A DNA stretch of 57,385 nucleotides from a virus (taxonomy: Duplodnaviria > Caudoviricetes). Shown piece after piece: positions 36,863 to 45,065 of the stretch. Position 1 is the stretch's first letter, and every line of letters begins with the position of its first letter. Position numbers and translations under genes: made by a program. The stretch covers positions 1 to 57,385 of the IMG/VR virus record IMGVR_UViG_3300021182_000018; one strand, written 5' to 3'. A model generated the notes under the pieces. The model searched no databases, had not been told where the DNA came from, and was given only the letters and a program-made list of their open reading frames with translations.

Positions 36863-37206
36863 TGAAATTTCCAGAATATATGAAGATGTTAACTGAAGCA
36901 AAAAATGATTATGATTTTTCCGAAAAAGTTGAAGCAGACCTTAAGAAAATTGGGATCGTTTCTAAAAATGATTTCGGAAAGTATAAAGATTTCTTTGGGG
37001 GTGGTAAGGTCCAGAAAACTCTTTATGTTAAGCCTACAGAAGACGAAGATGTAGTAGAGGTTTCAATCGTAGATAAAGCCGGAAAAGTTTTTGATACTAC
37101 TGAATTAAATGTTTCTGAATTTTTTAAACTAAAGGCTTTTCTAAAAGATGTAGAAGAATTTGTAGAAGCTGAAGACAAGTTCTACAAGTCCTGGCATAAT
37201 CTATAA
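36862..37206 (+). CDS. Probable internal head protein
   Basis: MKFPEYMKMLTEA capsid-targeting-like N-terminus. Confidence 0.55.
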   Translation: MKFPEYMKMLTEAKNDYDFSEKVEADLKKIGIVSKNDFGKYKDFFGGGKVQKTLYVKPTEDEDVVEVSIVDKAGKVFDTTELNVSEFFKLKAFLKDVEEFVEAEDKFYKSWHNL

Positions 37207-37214
37207 GTTTCTTC

Positions 37215-37332
37215 TTTACAACCTAGATTAAATTTGTTACAATAGATTTGAAGTAAGGAGTTTATTCTTTATTAGCTGTTTTTCTCCTCCTATAAAACGA
37301 TCTGAAGTTTACTTTGGGTCGTTTTTCTTTTT
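37215..37332 (+). ncRNA. Candidate small RNA 1 (promoter plus terminator, no ORF)
   Basis: TTTACA-17-TACAAT at 37215-37243; 14-bp GU-containing stem 37294-37325 plus U tract; contains CTCCTCCT. Confidence 0.5.
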
Positions 37333-37333
37333 G

Positions 37334-37433
37334 ATAAATAAAATTGACATTAGAGGTTTACCTTTAGTCGGCTTATTTTATGCTCATGTAATTCATACTG
37401 GAACCTTTCGGAAGTTTTTCTGGAAGGTTTTTT
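37334..37433 (+). ncRNA. Candidate small RNA 2 (late promoter plus terminator, no ORF)
   Basis: ATAAATA 37334-37340; 5' hairpin; 12-bp stem 37402-37429 plus U tract. Confidence 0.45.
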
Positions 37434-37513
37434 ATTGTCTTTTCCGAAAATATTTCTTAAAGTTTTCTTATAATTTCTCTTGACTTTTCTTAAATGTTTG
37501 ATAAATAGTTAAT

Positions 37514-38995
37514 ATGGACAAGATACATGTAAGAAAGTTTTCGGAAGTTTTTCTTCAAGCGAATTTAGATAAGTCTCAATATAATGAATTGAAACCTTTA
37601 ATGGAATTTTACGCAAAGGATTATAAGTTTTCTCCAGCGTATAAGTGCTCTCAGTGGACTGGAAAGATATCATTTCTAACAAGAGATGGTCTATTTCCAA
37701 TTGGCCTTCTATCAAAGTTTTTAAAATTTTGTGAAAGTTATTCTTATGAGCCTGTATTAGAATTTAAGGTATCAGAGTTTGGAGAAAAGGTTTCCGAAGA
37801 ATTTTTGCAAAAGTTTTTAGAAGTAGTTTTTCCACCTTCTGTAAATATTTTTCCATATGACCACCAAATAGAAGCAATATCTAGAGCTATAACTTTCGGA
37901 AGAGGTGTATTAAATCTTGCTACATCTTCTGGAAAATCTTTAATAATATATTCTTTAGTGAGATATTTAATTGCTAAAGGGAAGAAAGTTATATTGATAG
38001 TTCCTTCTATATCTTTGGTAGAACAGCTTTACTCTGATTTTAAGAATGACTACTCCTGGAATAATGTTTTAGATAATGTTTGTTTGAATTATGGTGGAAA
38101 AATTCTAGACCTATCTAAGAATGTTTTAATAACTACATGGCAAAGTGTTTACAAAAATGATGAGAGATTTTTCGAAAAGTATGATGCGTTGATTGTAGAT
38201 GAATGTCACCAGATGCAAGGAAAATCCATTTCGGAAATTGGTAAGAAATGTTCTAAAGCAAAATTTAGAATTGGTCTTACTGGTTCTATGCCTGATAATG
38301 AAGCAGATTTTAATACAGTTGTAGGATATCTTGGTCCAGTTATTCATAAAGTTATGTCGAAAGAATTGATAGACAAGGGAATCATTTCTCAGATTAAGAT
38401 TAAAAATTTGATTCTTAGATATCCAGAAAGCATGAAGATTGCTAGAAGTTCTTATCAAAAAGAAGTAGATGATATAAATTCATATGCTAACAGAAACTTG
38501 GCTTTAGACCACATTGTTAAAAATTCTAAAGATACTGATAACATTCTAATACTTGTAACTAAGATAGAACATTTGAGAAGTATTAAGATATACCTTGAAA
38601 AAAAGTTTCCTAAAAAAGTTGTTCATGAGATTTACGGAAAGACTGAAGCAGATGTTAGAGAAAATATTCGGAAAGGTTTAGAAAACGAATCTGGCTCAAT
38701 TTTGGTGGCATCTTATGGAACATTTTCTACAGGTGTTTCCGTTAAAAAATTGCATCATATTGTATTATTCTCTTCATACAAATCTCAGATAAAAATTTTA
38801 CAAAGCATTGGAAGAGGTTTGCGAAAACATGAATCGAAAGAATATGTAACAATACATGATGTGGTGGATGATTGCCGTTATTCTGATGGAAAAAAAACTT
38901 ATAATAATTTCTGTTATAATCATTGGAAAAATAATAGGCTCCATTATTATGAGGAGCAACAGTTTGATTATGAGAATGAAACAATAAATATATAG
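37514..38995 (+). CDS. uvsW: UvsW SF2 helicase
   Basis: WTGKI, ATSSGKS, TTWQS, DECH, GLTGS, ASYGTFSTG, QSIGRGLR. Confidence 0.96.
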   Translation: MDKIHVRKFSEVFLQANLDKSQYNELKPLMEFYAKDYKFSPAYKCSQWTGKISFLTRDGLFPIGLLSKFLKFCESYSYEPVLEFKVSEFGEKVSEEFLQKFLEVVFPPSVNIFPYDHQIEAISRAITFGRGVLNLATSSGKSLIIYSLVRYLIAKGKKVILIVPSISLVEQLYSDFKNDYSWNNVLDNVCLNYGGKILDLSKNVLITTWQSVYKNDERFFEKYDALIVDECHQMQGKSISEIGKKCSKAKFRIGLTGSMPDNEADFNTVVGYLGPVIHKVMSKELIDKGIISQIKIKNLILRYPESMKIARSSYQKEVDDINSYANRNLALDHIVKNSKDTDNILILVTKIEHLRSIKIYLEKKFPKKVVHEIYGKTEADVRENIRKGLENESGSILVASYGTFSTGVSVKKLHHIVLFSSYKSQIKILQSIGRGLRKHESKEYVTIHDVVDDCRYSDGKKTYNNFCYNHWKNNRLHYYEEQQFDYENETINI

Positions 38996-39010
38996 AAAGG
39001 ATATTAAACT

Positions 39011-39514
39011 ATGTCTTTAGAAAACATTGAAAATCTAATAGCATCACTAATTAAGTCTGGTGATAAAGATACTATTTCGGACTGTATTAGCCTTCTTGAA
39101 GAGATAAGAGACTATAAAAAGCCTGTTAAATCTTCTCATCATTCTTCAAAACATTCCGAAAAACCTTCTCAAAAAGTTTCCGAAAAATCTCAGAAAAAAC
39201 CTTCAAGTCCACTTCAAGAAGAATTAGGAACTGCCGCGAGTCTTTTAGATTATGATTGGAAAGAAGGACAATTAACAGAAAGACAACAATATCATCAACC
39301 ATTATACACTCCAGGAATGAGTAGACAACCTCAGTATTCTCCCCCTGGCCCATCTCAAGATTATCAGAGAGGGTTTGGAAGTCTTAATGGAGCGCCACAA
39401 CAGCCAGATTACGGAAACCCTGCTACAAACCTTCCGCAAGATGACCTAGTATTTTCGAAAAATCCTAATCCAGTTTTAGATGATATGACTAGTTTTGCGT
39501 CTAACTTGCTTTAA
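39011..39514 (+). CDS. Late hypothetical protein (Ser/Pro/Gln-rich)
   Basis: ATAAATA 38984-38990, AAGGA RBS. Confidence 0.6.
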   Translation: MSLENIENLIASLIKSGDKDTISDCISLLEEIRDYKKPVKSSHHSSKHSEKPSQKVSEKSQKKPSSPLQEELGTAASLLDYDWKEGQLTERQQYHQPLYTPGMSRQPQYSPPGPSQDYQRGFGSLNGAPQQPDYGNPATNLPQDDLVFSKNPNPVLDDMTSFASNLL

Positions 39515-39522
39515 GGAAAATA

Positions 39523-40101
39523 ATGAACTATAACGAATTCGGATTTATGCCTAATGGATTCTTTGTAAAATGCACTTCGGCTTATGACAGTGAACGAAGT
39601 CTTTATGAAGTTTTACAAATGGAAGGCTTTAACGAACGTGGGGTTCAAATGATTTATTATCCTGTAGACCTTGTAAATCCGGATTATCTTTTTGGCGAAA
39701 CTAACAACCTTGTAATAAACCGAAAATTCGAATATATGGGTTATTATGAATTACCGAATGAAGGAAGAAATGTAGGGATTTTAGGAATAGTAGGAACAGA
39801 TAATTTTCCGATATATGTTTCGAAACTTCATTATGATTTTGTTTCTACATATGATTCTTCAGGAACTTCGGCAGTTTTTCCGACATATCTTCCGAAAATT
39901 GGAGACCTTGTTTACGCAAAATATAATCAACAATTTTATAGAATCAATATGGTGAAATTAGAAGACGTAATATTTCTTCAAGGGAAACATACATATACAT
40001 TTTATCTAGAGAACTTTAGAAACAAAAATTATACATTAGGTCCAGCATTTGACAATCTTCCAAATGATCCTATACAATTGGTTGCTGGACAATGCAGTTA
40101 A
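39523..40101 (+). CDS. gp14: Neck/head-closure protein gp14 (main part)
   Basis: E....RG....YYP......D.LFGE, PKIGDLVY....Q.Y.I..V....FLQG. Confidence 0.8.
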   Translation: MNYNEFGFMPNGFFVKCTSAYDSERSLYEVLQMEGFNERGVQMIYYPVDLVNPDYLFGETNNLVINRKFEYMGYYELPNEGRNVGILGIVGTDNFPIYVSKLHYDFVSTYDSSGTSAVFPTYLPKIGDLVYAKYNQQFYRINMVKLEDVIFLQGKHTYTFYLENFRNKNYTLGPAFDNLPNDPIQLVAGQCS

Positions 40102-40367
40102 TTATTCCTAGTAATGTTAAGGTAGCTTGTGGTGATTTATTTCAAGATAATTGTGAAGTAAATTTTGAAAAAGTTTCTTATCTATATGTTCCAGGGTTGA
40201 CTGAATGTCTTCCGAACGATCCTTTTAATAATTGGACTTTAGATAATTGCATAGTAATAATTTATATATATTCTGATTTTGTGGATGGAATAATAACAGA
40301 TCCGGAAGAATTAGATTTTTACGACCAAACTTTGGAATATGACGGCAACGAATTTATAGATGTTTAA
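40092..40367 (+). CDS. Probable C-terminal part of gp14 in the -1 frame
   Basis: DLFQDNCEVNFEK...Y.P......NDPFNNW resembles gp14 C-termini; overlaps the previous ORF by 10 nt; no clear RBS. Confidence 0.45.
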   Translation: MQLIIPSNVKVACGDLFQDNCEVNFEKVSYLYVPGLTECLPNDPFNNWTLDNCIVIIYIYSDFVDGIITDPEELDFYDQTLEYDGNEFIDV

Positions 40368-40403
40368 TTTTCCATAAATATTTCTAAACGTTAAGGAAAA
40401 TAA

Positions 40404-43400
40404 ATGCCATCAGCGATTCAGGGTAGATTTTATTACAAACAAGATACTAGAACTAATCTAAACGCAAATATTAGGACAAATTCTCTAGTTTTTGATTTAG
40501 ATAATAATAGAATTTTATATTCTCCAAGTGCGACTGGTTATTTCGAATTCTATCCTGGTCAAACCGTATTAAATGTTAGTTCGACTTCATTATCGGTTTT
40601 GTCTACGTCTTCTAGAAATATTTCCGTAGAATTATCTGCAACTGGTGTAACTCCTGGATTATATGGTTCTTCTACACAGATCCCGCAAATAATTGTAGAT
40701 AATTTTGGGAGAATTGTTTCTGCAAATTTTATTACAATTTCTGGTGGTTCTGGAACAAGTGGAACCGGAACTGTTACATCTGTCGGGGTTTCTTCAACAA
40801 CATTAACAATTTCAAATACTCCAATAACTGTCGCTGGAAATATAAATGTAAATCTTTCTGCGGTATCTACTCCAGGAATTTATGAAAAAATAGTTATAGA
40901 TAGTTTTGGTAGAGTTCTTTCCGGAAGTCTTTTAACAAGTGCTGACATACCTTTATTAAATTATCTTCCATCTTCAGGAACATCTTTACAAACAATTAAA
41001 TTAGCTACTTCTCAAAATTTTTCTATAATTGGTGATATATCTGCCGCAAACGTTTCTTTTAATGGAACGTCGGGAGTAATATTAAATTCTATTCTTTCTG
41101 CAACTGGAGTATCTGCTGGAACGTATGGAAGTTCGAATCAAATACCGCAATTAGTAATAGATTCTAAAGGAAGAATTTTATCGGCGTCTTATGTTTCTAT
41201 ACAAATTCCTACTACTTCTGGAACAGTTACTTCAGTAGGAATTACTTCAAATACATTAAATGTAGGTTCAAGTCCTATAACATCTTCGGGAAATATTTCG
41301 GTAAATTTGAATTCGTTTGGAACATCCGGAACTTTTTCTAAAATATCTTCGGATCCTTATGGCAGGGTTATTTCAGGAACAACTTTAACTTCGGGAGATA
41401 TTCCTCAACTTCCGTATGATGCTATTTCTGCGTCATTGGCTTGGTCTAGAATTTCTGGAACGCCGACAACTTTGTCCGGATACGGAATCACAAGTTCTGA
41501 TACACTATTTGATAAAAAATATCTATCAGCGATTCCATCATTAAATTACGGTTCCGTATCTTCAGTAGGTGTATCTTCAACAACCCTGATAATTGGATTA
41601 AGTCCAATCACCACATCAGGAAGCATTTCCGTAAACCTTTCAGCGACTGGTGTAAGCGGTGTATATATTAAAGTTCAAACTGATACCTTTGGTAGAGTAA
41701 TTTCCGGAACAACTTTAACATCTGCTGACATTCCAGTTCTTCCATATATTTCCGCAATTGGGACTTTACAATGGTCTCAAATTTCTGGAACTCCTACAAC
41801 ATTATCTGGTTATGGAATAACGAGTTCAGACCAGCTTTTTAATAACAAATATGCTCAAATTTCGGCAATACCTTCTTTATCTGGATTATCTTTGTATCTT
41901 CCTTTGAGTGGTGGAACATTAACAGGAAATTTATCTGGTCAGAACATTTCTGGGATACATTTCGGAAATCTTTCAGGAACGGCCAACCAATCTAACCAAT
42001 TAACTACTCCTCAGAATTTTGGAATAACTGGCGATGTATCTGCTGTAAATATTTTTTTCAACGGAACATCTTCAGTTACTTTTAATTCCGTTCTTTCGGC
42101 AACTGGCGTAACTCCTGGAATTTTTGGAAACGGGGTTAATGTTTCACAATTTCAGGTAGATGCTAAAGGAAGAATAATTTCCGCGTCAAATGTTGCAATT
42201 CAATTTCCGGGTGGTTCCGGAGGGGGTTCAGTTTCTTCCGTTGGAGTATCTTCTACTACATTAACTGTTGGGTTAAGTCCTGTAACAACTTCTGGAAATA
42301 TTTCCGTAAATCTTTCTGCCACTGGTGTAACTCCTGGTTCTTATGGAACAACTACACAAATTCCAGTATTAAATATAGATTCTTTCGGAAGAATTTTGAA
42401 TGCGTCTTTCGTAAATATTTCTGGTGCTGGTTCTTCAGGAACAGGAACCGTAACCTCTGTAGGATTAACATCAACCACGTTGACAATAGCTGGTTCTCCT
42501 GTCACGTCTTCTGGAGTTTTAACTGCTAATTTAAGTCCTTTTGGAACATCTGGAACATTTACAAAATTTTCTTCAGATCCTTATGGAAGAGTTATTTCAG
42601 GAACTACTTTAACCTCTGGAGATATTCCGGTTCTTCCTTATATTTCCGCAATCGGGACTTTACCATGGTCTCAAATTTCCGGAACTCCTACAACTCTTTC
42701 TGGGTATGGAATTGTTTCCGGGGATGTTTTATTTAATAACAAGTATGCTCAAATCTCAGCAATACCGTCTTTGTCTGGATTATCTCTGTATCTTCCTTTA
42801 AGTGGTGGAACATTAACTGGACCATTAACAGGAACCAACATATCTGCCAATAATATTTCTGGAACACATTTCGGAAATCTTTCTGGAGTATCTTTACAAA
42901 GTCTTACTGCAAACCAATTATTAAATTCTCAAAATTTTGGAATAGTCGGTGATATAGTAGCTTCAAACATTTCTTTCAATGGAACCGGATCTGTAATACT
43001 TTCTTCATCACTTTCTGCGGTTGGGACATCTGGCATATATACTAAAGTTCAAACGGATTCGAAAGGCCGCGTTATTTCCGGGACTACTTTAACATCTGGT
43101 GATATTCCTGCTCTTTCTTATCTTTCTGTAATACCTTCATTAAATTATGGTTCGGTTTCTTCCGTTGGTATTTCATCAACCACGTTAACAATAGGGTTGA
43201 CTCCGGTAACAACTTCCGGAAATATTTCTGTAAATCTTTCTCCCATTGGAACTAGTGGAGTTTATACAAAGATCCAATCAGATACTTTTGGTAGAGTAAT
43301 TTCAGGATCTACTTTAATCGTTTCTGATATACCTTCTTTATCTACTCTATATATTTCTACAACACTTTCTGGAACGGCTAATGGTGTAGCTCCTTTAGAT

Positions 43401-45056
43401 TCTACAGCGAAAGTCCCTACATCATTTTTACCATCTTCAGTATTTGGTCAAGTCCATTATTTAGGAACTTGGAACGCTTCTTCTGGGGCCACTTTACCTG
43501 CGGCTTCTGCTGTATCTGGTGGGTATTATATAACACAAATTTCCGGAAGTTCTATTCCAACTGGTGGTTTTAGTTCTGCCACATCTATTATAATTTCGGC
43601 TGATGCTTTTGCCGGCCTTCCATATTTTCAGGTTGGGGATTGGATAGTCTCTAATGGAATTACTTGGGATAAAATAGATAACACCGATTCGATCTATACT
43701 TGGAATGGTAGAAATGGTTCCGTATTTCCAGTTTCTGGAGACTATTCGGCAACTCAAATAAATTTTACTCCGATTGGAAGTATTACGGCAACAAATGTTC
43801 AAACAGCGTTACAAAATTTAGATGCAAATAAATTAGCATCCTCCGCATTATTCGGATTTACCTCGGCATATCTTCCATTATCTGGTGGGGCATTAACTGG
43901 AAGCATATCTGTTCCGAACATTTCCGCAAGCAATTTTTATGAAGGCGGACAGCTTCTAGTTAATAGATATGTAACCGTTTCTGGTGATATTATGACTGGT
44001 GGATTGGTCTCTCCATTCGTATCGGCAACTAATATTTCAGGAACACATTTTGGAAACCTTTCGGGAACGGCGAATCAAGCTAATCAATTAACTATCTCTC
44101 AGAACTTTAATATCGTTGGTGATGTATCTGCCGCAAATATTTCCTTCAATGGAACATCTTCTGTTACATTAAATTCGGTTCTTTCTGCCACGGGAGTTTC
44201 TTCTGGAATATATGGAAATAATATAAATGTTCCTCAATTTCAAGTTGATTCTAAAGGAAGAATAATTTCAGCATCTAATGTGGCTATTCAATTTCCTGGC
44301 GGTTCTGGCGGAGGAAGTGTTTCAAGTGTCGGTATTGCTTCCACCACATTAACAATTTCGAATACTCCTATAACAACTTCTGGAACTATTTCCGTAAACC
44401 TTTTTCCGTTTGGGACTTCAGGGACATTTCCGAAAATTTCTACAGACCCTTTCGGGAGAGTAATTTCAGGAACTACTTTAACTTCTGGAGATATTCCGAC
44501 TCTTCCATATTATCCTTCAAGTGCTTCAATTTCTTGGAATAACATTTCAGGCTCGCCTACCACACTTTCGGGATATGGAATCACAAGTGCGGATCCGCTT
44601 TTCAATTCTAAGTATGCTCAAATTTCGGCAATACCTTCTTTATCTGGATTAAGTCTTTATCTTCCTTTATCTGGAGGAACTTTATCTACTCCCGGAAATC
44701 TAAACATTTCCGGAACTACTATTTTCGGTGGATTGTTATATTTAACTCCTCCAATAACAACTACAGCATCAACTAGTGGATACATACAAATTGATTCTCA
44801 AGGAAAACTTTTTGCAAATACTGGATTAACTGACCATAAAACATATACGACATCAGCTATAATTTCAGCAACGTCTTATTTGTTGTCTGCTACACACAAT
44901 CTCAATTATCAGTATGTTAATGTTTTTATGTTTGACTTTACAAATAATGTGGAAATACTTCCAGATGTTAAATACAATTTATCTACCAATAATGTTGTGG
45001 TCATAAATATCGTTAATGGTAATCAATTTAATTCAAACATTATTGTTCAGTCTTAA
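40404..45056 (+). CDS. Very long Ser/Thr/Gly-rich repetitive virion fibre protein (1550 aa)
   Basis: Repeated module VSSVGVSSTTLT...PITTSGNISVNLS..G..G.Y.....D.FGRVISG, plus PTTLSGYGI and YLPLSGGTLTG fibre motifs; late promoter 40374-40380. Confidence 0.8.
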   Translation: MPSAIQGRFYYKQDTRTNLNANIRTNSLVFDLDNNRILYSPSATGYFEFYPGQTVLNVSSTSLSVLSTSSRNISVELSATGVTPGLYGSSTQIPQIIVDNFGRIVSANFITISGGSGTSGTGTVTSVGVSSTTLTISNTPITVAGNINVNLSAVSTPGIYEKIVIDSFGRVLSGSLLTSADIPLLNYLPSSGTSLQTIKLATSQNFSIIGDISAANVSFNGTSGVILNSILSATGVSAGTYGSSNQIPQLVIDSKGRILSASYVSIQIPTTSGTVTSVGITSNTLNVGSSPITSSGNISVNLNSFGTSGTFSKISSDPYGRVISGTTLTSGDIPQLPYDAISASLAWSRISGTPTTLSGYGITSSDTLFDKKYLSAIPSLNYGSVSSVGVSSTTLIIGLSPITTSGSISVNLSATGVSGVYIKVQTDTFGRVISGTTLTSADIPVLPYISAIGTLQWSQISGTPTTLSGYGITSSDQLFNNKYAQISAIPSLSGLSLYLPLSGGTLTGNLSGQNISGIHFGNLSGTANQSNQLTTPQNFGITGDVSAVNIFFNGTSSVTFNSVLSATGVTPGIFGNGVNVSQFQVDAKGRIISASNVAIQFPGGSGGGSVSSVGVSSTTLTVGLSPVTTSGNISVNLSATGVTPGSYGTTTQIPVLNIDSFGRILNASFVNISGAGSSGTGTVTSVGLTSTTLTIAGSPVTSSGVLTANLSPFGTSGTFTKFSSDPYGRVISGTTLTSGDIPVLPYISAIGTLPWSQISGTPTTLSGYGIVSGDVLFNNKYAQISAIPSLSGLSLYLPLSGGTLTGPLTGTNISANNISGTHFGNLSGVSLQSLTANQLLNSQNFGIVGDIVASNISFNGTGSVILSSSLSAVGTSGIYTKVQTDSKGRVISGTTLTSGDIPALSYLSVIPSLNYGSVSSVGISSTTLTIGLTPVTTSGNISVNLSPIGTSGVYTKIQSDTFGRVISGSTLIVSDIPSLSTLYISTTLSGTANGVAPLDSTAKVPTSFLPSSVFGQVHYLGTWNASSGATLPAASAVSGGYYITQISGSSIPTGGFSSATSIIISADAFAGLPYFQVGDWIVSNGITWDKIDNTDSIYTWNGRNGSVFPVSGDYSATQINFTPIGSITATNVQTALQNLDANKLASSALFGFTSAYLPLSGGALTGSISVPNISASNFYEGGQLLVNRYVTVSGDIMTGGLVSPFVSATNISGTHFGNLSGTANQANQLTISQNFNIVGDVSAANISFNGTSSVTLNSVLSATGVSSGIYGNNINVPQFQVDSKGRIISASNVAIQFPGGSGGGSVSSVGIASTTLTISNTPITTSGTISVNLFPFGTSGTFPKISTDPFGRVISGTTLTSGDIPTLPYYPSSASISWNNISGSPTTLSGYGITSADPLFNSKYAQISAIPSLSGLSLYLPLSGGTLSTPGNLNISGTTIFGGLLYLTPPITTTASTSGYIQIDSQGKLFANTGLTDHKTYTTSAIISATSYLLSATHNLNYQYVNVFMFDFTNNVEILPDVKYNLSTNNVVVINIVNGNQFNSNIIVQS

Positions 45057-45065
45057 TGGAGATTT

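Noticed and set aside
15049-38995. Introns or inteins in primase, helicases, polymerase, UvsX or gp46
   Set aside because: ORFs are uninterrupted, of normal length and lack intein splice motifs.
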